DNA of 64,000 nucleotides. Origin: Haliotis rubra. Taxonomy: Eukaryota. The notes beneath the pieces are model-generated. The model saw nothing but the letters and a program-made list of their open reading frames with translations, had not been told where the DNA came from and ran no database searches. Position 1 is the first letter of the stretch. Every line of letters begins with the position of its first letter. This document shows positions 37,141 through 48,460 of this stretch, piece by piece. Position numbers and translations under genes: made by a program. The stretch is from contig NW_025767284.1 of the NCBI RefSeq assembly GCF_003918875.1, forward strand, positions 310,001 to 374,000, in the 5' to 3' direction.

Positions 37141-37372
37141 CCCGTGAAGATCCGGGTTGGAATTGATCTCCAGGAACAGGTGCTTGTTGCAAGAAGCGAC
37201 TAACGTGAACAGGTGGTCAGGCTCGCTGACTTGCTTGACACGTCATCGTATCGCAGTTGCGTAGATCGATGCACATGATACCAGTCACTGGATAGTCTGA
37301 TCCAGACTCGGATATCCACATATCATATTGCTGGAATATTGCTGAACGCGGCGTAACACGACAACAAAACAA
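37139..37372 (+). mobile_element. Retroposon family C, full length
   Basis: Starts GACCCGTGAAGATCCGGGTT; ends GCTGGAATATTGCTGAACGCGGCGTAA plus an (ACAA) tail. Confidence 0.9.
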
Positions 37373-37704
37373 ATATTCTCTGTGCTGTCCAAGAGGTAAG
37401 TGCGATGTAGATGGTGATGTCATTTCCGAACTGATACTATGGAGGCCAATGGCTCAAAGATATTTATCAGAACAGAAAGAAACCACCACACTAGATAATC
37501 GAGATGGTCAGATTCACGTGGGAAGGAAGTTTAAGGTGAAGCTGGTCGGAGACCTTTACCACCGAGAGGATACCCAGTGGCACAGTTGTGGTGCTATCTG
37601 TCGATACTTGGACTAACTGGACTGACAATCGATGCCCTTTTCTCCCTGGCCTCATGGGAATACCTCTGTTGGCAGACACAGCCCGATGTGTTGTCGGTAC
37701 TGGA

Positions 37705-37872
37705 CTGACTGACTGAGTTTGGTTTTACGCCGCTTTTTAGCAATATTCCAGCAACATCACGGCGGGGGACACCAGAAATGGGCTTAACACATTGTACCAA
37801 TGTGGGGATTCGAACCCGGGTCTTCGGCGTGACGAGCCAACGCTTTAACCATTAGGCTACCCCACCGCCCCA
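37705..37872 (-). mobile_element. SINE family A, full length
   Basis: TSD TCGGTACTGGA (37694-37704, 37873-37883). Confidence 0.95.
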
Positions 37873-38242
37873 TCGGTACTGGAGGTCTGTGGGTGGATCT
37901 GCCAAATATACTGCTATCACAGTCACGGATATTACCCTTAATGGTCGAATCAAAGAGCCAACTTTCCGATTTTTGCGGTTGTACATTTTAGGGATTGTCT
38001 TTTGTTGATTGGTCAATTGTTCATGACATAACAATATGATCGTATTCCGTTACCAGAACAATAGGTTGTCTTCGGTGAAGTATCTTAGTGTGGTGGACAT
38101 TTCATACGCTTAACCTTGAATTTTCTTTCTTAGAATGTCAATATCTTTAACAGAATAACCTTTTCGAAACGCGTCACAGCGGATTATTTGCCCCTCTTGG
38201 ATATATGCCAAAGGATACCATTTCCTAACTTGAGGCTGTTGG

Positions 38243-38316
38243 TTGGTCGGTAACTAAAACAGCTTGACTCTTGAGAATTTCTTGGACTTCAATCCTGCCC
38301 CCACAACGAAGCACAG
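38243..38316 (+). mobile_element. Fragment of SINE family D
   Basis: CAGCTTGACTCTTGAGAATTTC...CCCACAACGAAGCACA matches the minus strand of ~13785-13845. Confidence 0.65.
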
Positions 38317-38558
38317 GAAAAGATACTTTATAAATATTCTCATTGTTACAACTATCACCCCCAGTACGACACCGATATGGAGAGAATGGTTGTACATGTT
38401 TTTCATCTGGTCCAGACTCGAGTATTGATGGGGATTGTCCACTGGGCACAGTAAGCTGACGCCCCGTTTTTAGCAATGGAAACTGTTCAAACTCACTCAC
38501 TCACTGATAGGGTCGGTGGGATGGGAGAATGTTCTGGTTTGATTCACCACAATGTATA

Positions 38559-38730
38559 TGAGTGAGTGAGTGAGTGAGTTTAGTTTTACGCCGCTTTTAG
38601 CAATATTCCAGCAATATCGTATCGGGGGAAACCAGAAATGGGCTTCACACATTGTACCCATGTGGGGAATCGAACCCGGGTGATCAACGTGACGAGCGAA
38701 CACTTTAACCACTAGGCTACCCCACATTCC
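38559..38730 (-). mobile_element. SINE family A
   Basis: Reverse consensus match with a (GAGT)n tail. Confidence 0.92.
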
Positions 38731-39578
38731 CTCCAAACTTGAACAAAATGATGGATTCTTTGTTTCAAACAGGAACCAGCTCTATGCCAAGAGGTAGTGG
38801 GATCAGTTTCTGACCCAAACGCAATCGCTTATGGCAAGCCGGGTCGTGACGAGCGAACGCTTTAACCACTAGGATGGTGGTTAATGCGGCGTAAAAGCAC
38901 ATTCACTCCCTGACGCTAACATCCGTGTTATAACGTGACTTACGTATCACATCAATATCGCGTGACTAATTTTCTAGTGTTGCGTCCTTGACCTAAAATT
39001 ACAATAATACAGTTACATTTTTTTTCCAATCACTAAGAATTAACAGCAAATGTCCCCGTTTCAAACAGCCTCACCTACTCCGAATGACCGAGGCTGACGT
39101 CAAAAATATATGCTGAAGACATATATTATCAAGCTGCTGAAAAAGATTCAATAAAGGCAGGCTTCATTAAGTTGACGATGTCAAATGAGGTAACTACCTG
39201 TTGCGTCTGTAACTGCCATCCTCCATCACGACTTCATCAGTAACAACACCCTAGAGTTACTGCAAGACGATGCTTAAGTGACTCGCCCGTGTGCTGGTTA
39301 TATGACACTGTGGTCGAACAGCGTAATGTCCAACAAGCAGCACACAAACTATATAATTTCATATCAATAAATGTGAAGTGTGTTATGGTGAAATAATCGA
39401 TTACAAAAAAAGATTCAAGGTTGAACTTGCTGTACTGAAACCGTGCGGATCATGGGACATTAACGTTGATGTCATGGCTTCACGTGTTGACGACTGATGT
39501 CCTATACAGGAATGTTTTTGTAAAACTTTCGGTAAAACCTTTCATCAAAGCACATCTATTCGCTTCCACGCATGCAGT

Positions 39579-39740
39579 GGGGCGGTGGGGTAGCCTAGTG
39601 GTTAAGGCGTTCGCTCGTCACGCCGAAAACCCGGGTTCGATTCCCAACATGGGCACAATGTGTTAAGTCCATTCCTGGTGTCCCCCGTCGTGATATTGCT
39701 GGAATATTGCTAAAAGCGGCGTAAAACTAAACTCACTCAC
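39579..39740 (+). mobile_element. SINE family A, full length (tRNA-Asp-like head)
   Basis: 14-bp TSD TCCACGCATGCAGT (39565-39578, 39741-39754); A box TAGCCTAGTGG, anticodon-like loop TCGTCAC, B box GGTTCGATTCC. Confidence 0.96.
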
Positions 39741-39773
39741 TCCACGCATGCAGTAGCCGCGCTTCTGAGTTGG

Positions 39774-40066
39774 GACCCGTGAAGATCCGGGTTAGAATTG
39801 GTCGTCAGCCCCCCCATGCTTGTCTCCCGTGAAGATCCGGGTTAGAATTGGTCGTCAGCCACCCATGCTTGTCGTAAGAGGTGACTCGCGGGCTCAGGTG
39901 GTCTGGCTGGCTGACTTGGTTGACACATGTCATCTCATCCCAATTGTGTAGATCGATGCTTATGATTTTGATCACCGGATGGTCTGGTCCAGGCTCGATT
40001 ATGAACAGACAGCCGCCATATAGCTGGAATATTGTGTGGCGTGAAACAACAAACAAACAAACAAAA
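39774..40066 (+). mobile_element. Retroposon family C, full length with a duplicated 5' ~50 bp
   Basis: TSD TCTGAGTTGG (39764-39773, 40067-40076); CCCGTGAAGATCCGGG occurs at 39776 and again at 39826. Confidence 0.93.
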
Positions 40067-40671
40067 TCTGAGTTGGTTGTCATTCCTAATTTCGACACTT
40101 TTAAGAAAGGTCGATTAATCTCTGTGGGCCATTATTTATATCAATCTTACAGAGTCGGTATATATCCGTGCACCGACTACACTTTGATGATATAAAAGAC
40201 TCATTTTAAGATGACCAATAATTATATTGACGACATGTGTGTGGCTTGCAAGCTGTTTTGCAAAAAAACCAAACCAAATCAAAACAAGTATTTATTCAAA
40301 AGTTACCATAACTTTCGTTTCATTAAAACAGCCAAATTGAAAGAAAGACGCACAGTTGTGATTGAACTGATTTCATGATTTCATTTTCTGTGCATCTGCA
40401 GAACGTCTCAGAGCTATCAGCATGCTGGACTCTCGCAGGTGACAGCGTGCAGTTGCCAAAGTGTTCGATGTTTCGATGTTTGCCTTAAGAAGACAAAAGA
40501 ACAGGCACCAACAAAATAAATGTCCCAAGGATGTCCCAAGGATGTCCCAAGTCAATGACAGAGGTACAGGATCGATTAAGCCGAGACCCGACCCCATTAA
40601 ATAGAGTTCAAACTGCGAATCAAGTTCCTGCAACTATTCTTCAAACTCCTGGAGTACGAGTTACGGGTCAG

Positions 40672-40777
40672 GGTGCCGATCCACAAAGCTTCGTAGCGTA
40701 AAGACCTGTCGTAATTCTATAGTTTACCATTAGCTTACGAATTTCGTAGCGTTACGAACGCTTTGTGAATGGGGACC
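40672..40777. mobile_element. PIF/Harbinger-like MITE (106 bp)
   Basis: Imperfect ~30-bp TIRs (GGTGCCGATCCACAAAGC / GCTTTGTGAATGGGGACC) and a 3-bp TSD CAG. A possible decayed relative lies at ~43290-43435. Confidence 0.7.
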
Positions 40778-40959
40778 CAGGGTAGTAGAAATCGTCCACA
40801 TGAATCTCTACTCTATACTCAACGGCCATTCAAGACGTCATGTTGCCCAGATACGCCAACGGTGTACACAACCTTGAAACAAGGGAAATAATCGTTGGTA
40901 TTTAGCACTTCCGTCACAGGTGTGATCTGGTGACGTCCTAATGAACGCCAAACCAATGT

Positions 40960-41275
40960 AAACCTGGAACCACATGCCAGAAGAGCGAGATGTGGTGTCA
41001 CTGTCAACCTGGAACCACATGCCAGAAGAGCGAGATGTGGTGTCACTGTCAACCTGGAACCGCATGCCAGAAGAGCGAGATGTGGTGTCACTGTCAACCT
41101 GGAACCGCATGCCAGAAGAGCGAGATGTGGTGTCACTGTCAACCTGGAACCGCATGCCAGAAGAGCGAGATGTGGTGTCACTGTCAACCTGGAACCGCAT
41201 GCCAGAAGAGCGAGATGTGGTGTCATTGTCAACCTGGAACCGCATGCCAGAAGAGCGAGATGTGGTATCACTGTT
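40960..41275. repeat. 45-bp minisatellite, 7 copies
   Basis: AACCTGGAACCGCATGCCAGAAGAGCGAGATGTGGTGTCACTGTC. Confidence 0.98.
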
Positions 41276-41454
41276 ACCAAGGTGTAAGGACAGGTATGTA
41301 GTATCGGGACAACCTAGTGTCTCCCTTGGTTGTGTTGTTCGATGTTACGTCTTTCAGGACGACAACGTCAATCACCACCGTGTAGGAATCATCACCGCTC
41401 CCCTTCAGCAACGCACCACCTCAGCGACGTCATGGTTAACTACTTGTACTTGCA

Positions 41455-41536
41455 ATGCGTGAAACCCATTTCTGGTGTCCCCCGCCGTGATATTGCTGGA
41501 ATATTGCTAAAAGCGGCGTAAAACATTACTCACTCA
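41455..41536 (+). mobile_element. 3' half of SINE family A
   Basis: CCCATTTCTGGTGTCCCCCGCCGTGATATTGCTGGAATATTGCTAAAAGCGGCGT. Confidence 0.9.
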
Positions 41537-42305
41537 TCCACTTTTCCTTCCAGACAGTTGGTGATATTAACATCTACTGTCAAACTCCCAACTGGTTGTA
41601 ATGTGTTACCAGTTAGATCATTATTATCATTATTATCACGCAACTACAACAAGAGAGAAATATCCAATAAAACTAATATATATTTGGAAATTTTAAATTA
41701 TTCTCCTCTACTCCTCCTAGGGAAAAAACCCTATTTATGTGAAATTCGTCTTTTGCGCGCTACACGCGTTTTATATACAAAATATCAAATCAAACCAAGT
41801 CTTTATTTATTTTCAAGTTAATATTGTCACATGTAGCACATTAAACCAGTTGAAATAAAATGATATCTTTTCATTACGTTTGGACGTTTCATTCCATATT
41901 GCTGAATTCTTTCTTCAAATTTCAGAATTCGCATAGCTCCTTGTCCTGTTGTGAATTCTGTTGTCTCCATATCACAACTTCTTGACACTGACCCTAATAA
42001 ACTCTTTACGTTACATCGTAAGGATTTTTCAAGTGAGTCGGTGTGTGAGTGAGTGAATAAAGTGTTTTGCGGCTCTTAGCAGTAATCCAGCAATTTCCAG
42101 GCGGGGACGCCGAACTGGTGTTTATCCAATAGTAGCCGTAATTCTATTGCTACGAAAGTACATTAATCTAATACTACTTTAAACCTCAAAATAGATTTTG
42201 TGGTAAACTGTCTCTAAAAACTTACTCTGCTGGCGTTAATTTGGTAAGGACTACTCTACTGCACTGATTTCGCATAGTTTTTTGAGTGGTTACTTCCACT
42301 TGGGG

Positions 42306-42463
42306 GTGAGTGAATATGATTTTACCCCTCTTTTAACAATTCTAGCAATATCACGGCGATGGACACCAGGAATGAGCTTCACACATTGTATTCATAGTGG
42401 AATCGAATTCGTGTCTTCGGCGTGACGGGCGAACGCTTTAATCACCAGGCTACCCACTGACCC
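42306..42463 (-). mobile_element. SINE family A (diverged)
   Basis: Reverse consensus match. Confidence 0.82.
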
Positions 42464-44289
42464 AAGAAATAGGAGATAAATCCGTTTCGATGTATATGCG
42501 TATACAAGGCTTAACGAGACACCACCCTAACCATTGGGCTACCCCACGACGGAGGACAAAGTGCTAGGCAATCGCATCCGAAATCCCTATCATTGCATGG
42601 CCCCAACAGCTTCACGTCCTACTTCCGTCAAGGGAAGGAATGCAGGCACTATCCCGGTCAGGATATTGTTTTCAACACCTCACTTGTGAGGGCTGTCATA
42701 CACAGGTGATATCGACATTTTTTACCCCGGACCCTGTCCAACGCACACCATTGGAAATAGACAAGCAGGATGTTCCACTGTGCCTCTATTACCGTTGTCA
42801 GTCCAGATCGATCACAGCTGCTGGTATGTGTCCGGCGGGTCTGTGTGAGATGTATGATATGTATTTCAGGGATCTGAATACAGGGATCCGAATACACCAT
42901 CGCTCTGGATTGAAAGTGTGTTGGCAAAGCCACAACTGACAGGTGCAACCTAACTATGAAGTACGATCTCAATCACCATAAGATGAAAACATCATAAGCT
43001 CTCTACTTGTTGTCGCGATGCACCCTGTATTTATGTCTTTCTTTAAAGCTTCTTTTTGAAATTTAAATGTAAAAATAAAATATTGTGTTAGCAGATGCTT
43101 TGATCCGTAGTGTTAATCTTCCAATAAAAAGGAAATCAGGTTGCACATATTTTCTAGTGTGGGATGAGTTCGAAGCTGAATTAATTTTAAGTATGTTCAT
43201 ATCGGAGACCGAACTGCATATATTTGATGCTTTTGGAGAATAGAACCGTGGTTTCAGTGTGTCAACGCCTCCTCCACTTGGCTACCCAACAGGGGCCTGT
43301 TGCACAGGTGATCTCAGCGCTACGATAACCGTAATCCCTTGCCAACGTCACAGACCTTATACCGATACGGTCTCTACTAACGTATATGAGTTGCGTTAAC
43401 CACAGCGCTATGATAGCTTCTGAAACGTTCCAACGTTCGCCGGTTGATATCTGTGAGTATCCAGCAATTACCCAGAATCATCATAAACCAAGAACTATCC
43501 TTCACAGCGGAAGGTCAAAAGAGGGCAGGGTAGCTGCGCGTGAGTTTGGTCACCGCTTCCAACTTACTGTTAGTGGTGGAAGCGATACACGGAAGAGAAC
43601 ATCCGACTCGATGCATGGTCTTACGCTGCTGTGATTCATCATGTCTAAATTGTAACTGTATACATCCTGCACATTCATCAAAGGTAATACAGGGAGCGTG
43701 GCTCAGCATAGCTAAATGTCCATTAATGTTGATATGAAACATAAGAGTCCCGTCTCCATCCACAGCCGAACATGTGGGTCCGTCACCGGGTCTCATAAGC
43801 CTCGTTGTATATGTTGTAAAACGGAACTCCACACTTGAGAACGACAGTCTGTATGGGAGGGTTGGGTTAACGGCCGGTATAACGTCATATTGAGTTGGTT
43901 AGGGCAAGAGTCAAATGCCACAGATATTCCGTAATTTACCATATCCCAAGTTCAGTTGAAAGAGAAACTAAATCCACTCACTCACTCACTCACTCACTCA
44001 CTCACTCACTCGCACGTTCGATACAGTGACGTACTACCTTCGACCGTGCAAATCGACAGCAGCAGAAGGACTTGATGGTAATTGAACTTAATTCATTTCG
44101 CTGACAGGTAATGTGCCTTTACCTAAGTGACGGGTATTGGATTTCTGCATGCTGTATCGGACTGCATGAGTGTTCTCCTAAGATGGCGTCACATGACCGA
44201 GTGGTTAAAGTGTTCGCTCTTGAGTTTGGACCGGGTTCGAATCTCACGTGCGTACAACTTCTGTTTCCAGCTGTGATGGTGTAAGCATG

Positions 44290-44370
44290 TCACTCACTCA
44301 CTCACTCACTCACTCACTCACTCACTCACTCACTCACTCACTCACTCACTCACTCACTCACTCACTCACT
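44290..44370. repeat. (CACT)n microsatellite, ~20 units, tail of a decayed tRNA-SINE starting at ~44185
   Basis: Directly visible; another run lies at 43976-44011. Confidence 0.95.
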
Positions 44371-44373
44371 TAA

Positions 44374-44538
44374 TGAGTGAGCGAGTTTTAGTTTTACGCC
44401 GCTTTAGCAATGTTCCAGCAATATCACGGCGGGGGACACCAGAAATGGGTTTCTCACATTGCACCCATGTGGGGAATCGAACCAGGGTCTTCGGCGTGAC
44501 GAGCGAATGCTTTAACCACTAGGCTACGCCACCGCCCC
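44374..44538 (-). mobile_element. SINE family A, full length
   Basis: Reverse consensus match. Confidence 0.94.
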
Positions 44539-44847
44539 AACTCAAAGTACGGTCTTGTAGGTTGTTGATGTGTTGACGTATTGAACTTTAGATCTGTATC
44601 AAGACAGAGTTGCTTGCATTTCCCAGGTTTCTATATCAGTATAGGAAAACTTTCTCCTTGGCTTTGAATTGGTGATAATTCTGTCTGACGCATATTCCTA
44701 TAATGACTCTTTCAGGATGTGCTTCGTTTGCGAATACGGCAGCTTCATGTAGCAATTCAGTTTGCCGCAGATGCATAAGTATAGAGCAAGACAATGTATT
44801 TCCTCCTGGGTCCATTTCACTCCCACATTCCGCGTCAGCATTCTGCA

Positions 44848-45395
44848 TAGGAATCCGTACCTATGGTATCCTATCTTAAGAATCCGTACCTAATTTCGTC
44901 TTAAGGATCTGTATTGCTATTTAGATTACGCCTTACTACGTAATCCTACCTTGATAATACGTACCCACGTAACCCTATCTTAAGAATCCGTACCTGTATA
45001 ACTCTATCTAAAGAATCCGTACCTGTATAACCCTATCTTAAGAACCAGTACCTATGAAACCATTCGTAAGAATCCGTACCTACATAATCCTGTCTTAAGA
45101 ATCCGTACCTATATGCAATCTTATCTTCATAAATACTGTAAATCGGGAAGTGTGTGCGTCACGATATTTTTTGCGAGACGCGACCAACAGACGTTTTTGC
45201 ACAAAAAATAGCATGCTCGCAAAAATTACGTGATTTACAGTGCGTACCTATGTAAGCCTGTCTTATGAAGCCGTACATATGAATCCCTGTCCTAAGAATC
45301 CATTTCTGCCCATCATATAGTGGCGTCATGGTAATCTGTACTTACGTATTTCTATCATGATGACCTATGTATTCCTTCTTAAGAATCGGTTCCAA
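44848..45395. repeat. Old diverged ~29-bp minisatellite (CTTAAGAATCCGTACCT core)
   Basis: Recurrent AAGAATCCGTACCT. Confidence 0.85.
45136..45240. mobile_element. Small TA-flanked MITE inserted in the minisatellite
   Basis: TIR CTGTAAATC / GATTTACAG, internal TTTTTGCGAG / CTCGCAAAAA inverted pair, flanks TA and TG. Confidence 0.7.
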
Positions 45396-47078
45396 TGTAT
45401 CAATGTTACTTGTGTTGTATTTAAACCAACCTGATCTGAAACTAAGCAATGTTTTTTTGGCCGTAAGTTACCAAAAATCGAACTCCAGTTGTACCGAAAC
45501 AAATTACATACGCCTCGCATTGTAGTAAGAAAACGAATCAGCTTATGTTAAAGCGGTCCAATACAGAGTTCAGTATTTTGATAAACAATTTTTTTTGAAA
45601 ACCCCTTATGTAGTAAAACGTAATTGAGCTCCTTGCAATAACAGAAAAATGCTGACGTCAAACTAGCCGTCCCCCAACCCCACTTCGACTTTATCCCCCC
45701 CCAACACACACACACGACTTGTTACAACGAGGGTATCCTACAGAGATACAGAGAGATTACAACACCAGCGGTTAATTGATTCTGGTCGTTAATACTTCAC
45801 TAAGTATTCAAATATAACCCATTCACGTTCCATGTTAAACCGGATCCTGTATAGCCTCATTGTTATCGTGATGACAACGAGGGCTGTTATAGGTGTTGAA
45901 ACATCCTGACTGAACAGCTCTCGTCATACTGGGACACGAGTTTGATTTCTTTGATGCTTGACGATCGACTGGTTTGACTGTTAACACTTCTGTTCAAACA
46001 TTCCTCCTACACCATAGTTAAATGTGAATTGTGACTTTCCTAACACCATCAAACAAATTCAGACTCCGTTACTGCTTTTCATAGCTTTCCGTTATCAAGA
46101 ACATTTGATAGCCGTTGATCGCCGACATTAGGTTGCCGTTGAGACGATTGATTTCCACACATTTCTTTGTGAAGAGACAGAGCAAATATTGGAGATATCC
46201 TTGCTTTACAGATTCAGTTTTCAATCCCAACGTATAACTATTGTATGGAAACACTATCGATTAATGGAAACTCCATTGATTCAATATATGCACAACCTAA
46301 GCCTACATAAAACACTGTAAATTGATGTTTATAAGGTATATTTCTGTGATATAGTGCCAGCATATGTATCGTTTTCATTGTCTATGTTGACAATCACGGT
46401 ACAGAGCCACGCGCAGTTTACAATCTCCGTTGTTCAAAGGTGTGCAAAACTCCAACCTGTACGAAAAGCGGATTTCTTACTCTTTTATCAAAACTTTTTT
46501 TTTTTTGTAAAACAGTGCTGTGTGTAAATAATCAGACCAGTTACAGATTTCTACAATCATGTTCCTGAAGGACACACACCACTTTAATTATCTCCGTGTA
46601 CGTCTGTAGGAGGTAAACAGAGTCAGTGGAAACACGGAATGTTAGCAGAAACAGATATATTTGCAATGGGATCTTCTAACTAATCACGAAATCTCAATTA
46701 ATTCAACTTACTGGTGTCCAAAGTAGAAAGTCAATTATGTTTTTTGGTGATTCCAGGGAATTATACGCTATACATAGTGTCTTAAATGCGAACAATATAC
46801 CAGAGACTGATTTAGAAGAAGAAGATAAATGCTGACTATGTTGTTTGAGATGACGCTGACTCACAAACGCTAAGTGTTTTTCAGAGTCTTATCAGTTAAT
46901 TAGTTGTTAATGGCCTGTACTTCATGAACATCATACGTTTCGTATAGGATGGACTCCAAGTCGAAGACCTGGTTATAGGGCCGCTCTGTACTTCGCCAAA
47001 CCCTCTATACCGACCTAAATAGCAAAGTTAATGGTAAACAATATACTCGACTTTCTGGTGCATGACAAAGATCGTGGC

Positions 47079-47975
47079 GGCCACACAGCACTTCGAGAAT
47101 CTCTCCATACTGACCCAACTGGTGTACAATATACTCTATTAACTGGACCCCCTGGAGGTCATACACCTCGCTATACCGGCCACACAGCACTTCGGCAATC
47201 TCTCCATACCGACCCAACTGGTGTACAATATACTCTATTTACTGGACTATTTGGAGGTCATACTCCTCGTTTTACCGGCCACTCATCACTTCGGCAATCT
47301 CTCCATACCGACCAAACTGGTGTACAATATACTCTATTTACTGAATTATTTGGAGGTCATACACCTCATTATACCGGCCACACAGCACTTCGGCAATCTC
47401 TCCATACCGACCCAACTGGTGTACAATATACTCTATTTACTGGACTCTCTGGAGGTCATACACCTCGATATATCCGCCACACAGCACTTCGGCAATCTCT
47501 CCATACCGAACCAACTGGTGTACAATATACTCTATTTACTGGACCCCCTGGAGGTCATACACCTCCATATACCGGCCACACAGCACTTCGGCAATCTCTC
47601 CATACTGACCAAACTGGTGTACAATATACTCTATTTACTGGACTCTCTGGAGGTCATACACCTCGTTTTACCGGCCACTCAGCACTTCGGCAATCTCTCC
47701 ATAACGACACAATTGATGTACAATATACTCTATTTACTGGACTCTCTGGAGGTCATTCACCTCCATATACCGGCCACACAGCACTTCGGCAATCTCTCCA
47801 TACCGACCCAACTGGTGTACAATATACTCTATTTACTGGACCCCCTGGAGGTCATACACCTCGATATACCGGCCACACAGCACTTTGGCAATCTCTCTAT
47901 ACCGACCCAACTGGTATACAGTATACTCAATTTACTGGACTCTCTGGAGGTCATACACCTGGATATACCGACCAA
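47079..47975. repeat. 99-bp minisatellite (3 x 33-bp subunits), 9 copies, with decayed flanking units
   Basis: GGCCACACAGCACTTCG recurs every 99 bp (47079, 47178, ...). Confidence 0.97.
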
Positions 47976-48460
47976 TTGACTAAACTACAAAATATAATCT
48001 CTACTCGACTCGCTGGTGGACGAAGATCTCAGTCACTCAGCACTTCCAGAAATCAATATGTTCTATACACCGGGCTCACGTGAGAACAATGGTCTCAACA
48101 CACCGATCACTCAGTAATTCAGTTATCTCTCCATACTAACCCAACAAGACGATATTCCTCTGACATCAGAAACAATCATATCAGCCATCTAAACACTAAC
48201 ATATTCGTGACTGACGTCGTTAGACATCATGCATGACTTCTTTGCAAGAACAACACTGTTATACAGGTAAGTAATTTACGTCAGTGATGTACTCAAGGGT
48301 CTGACAACAGCGCATGTCGTACAGATTTGACCTTTGAGCGGGATAGCGGACAATGATGTCGTGGAAGCGTGGACAGCAACGTCAACATCAGTGTAAAGGA
48401 CGTCGCCTCATGCCATGCGCAGGTCGGGGTTGGGGTATTGGAAGATAGTATATAATAATA

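Noticed and set aside
39579-39655. tRNA-Asp-like sequences (many copies) and a tRNA-Pro-like head at 60512
   Set aside because: These are SINE heads: no proper acceptor stem, and they are followed by a SINE body, tail and TSD.
36803-41275. CRISPR-like regular repeats (43-bp and 45-bp arrays)
   Set aside because: No unique spacers, no cas genes, eukaryotic context.
43540-43737. Conotoxin-like Cys-rich peptide (CMVLRCCDSSCLNCNC)
   Set aside because: GTG start with an in-frame TAG just upstream and no convincing acceptor; likely chance.
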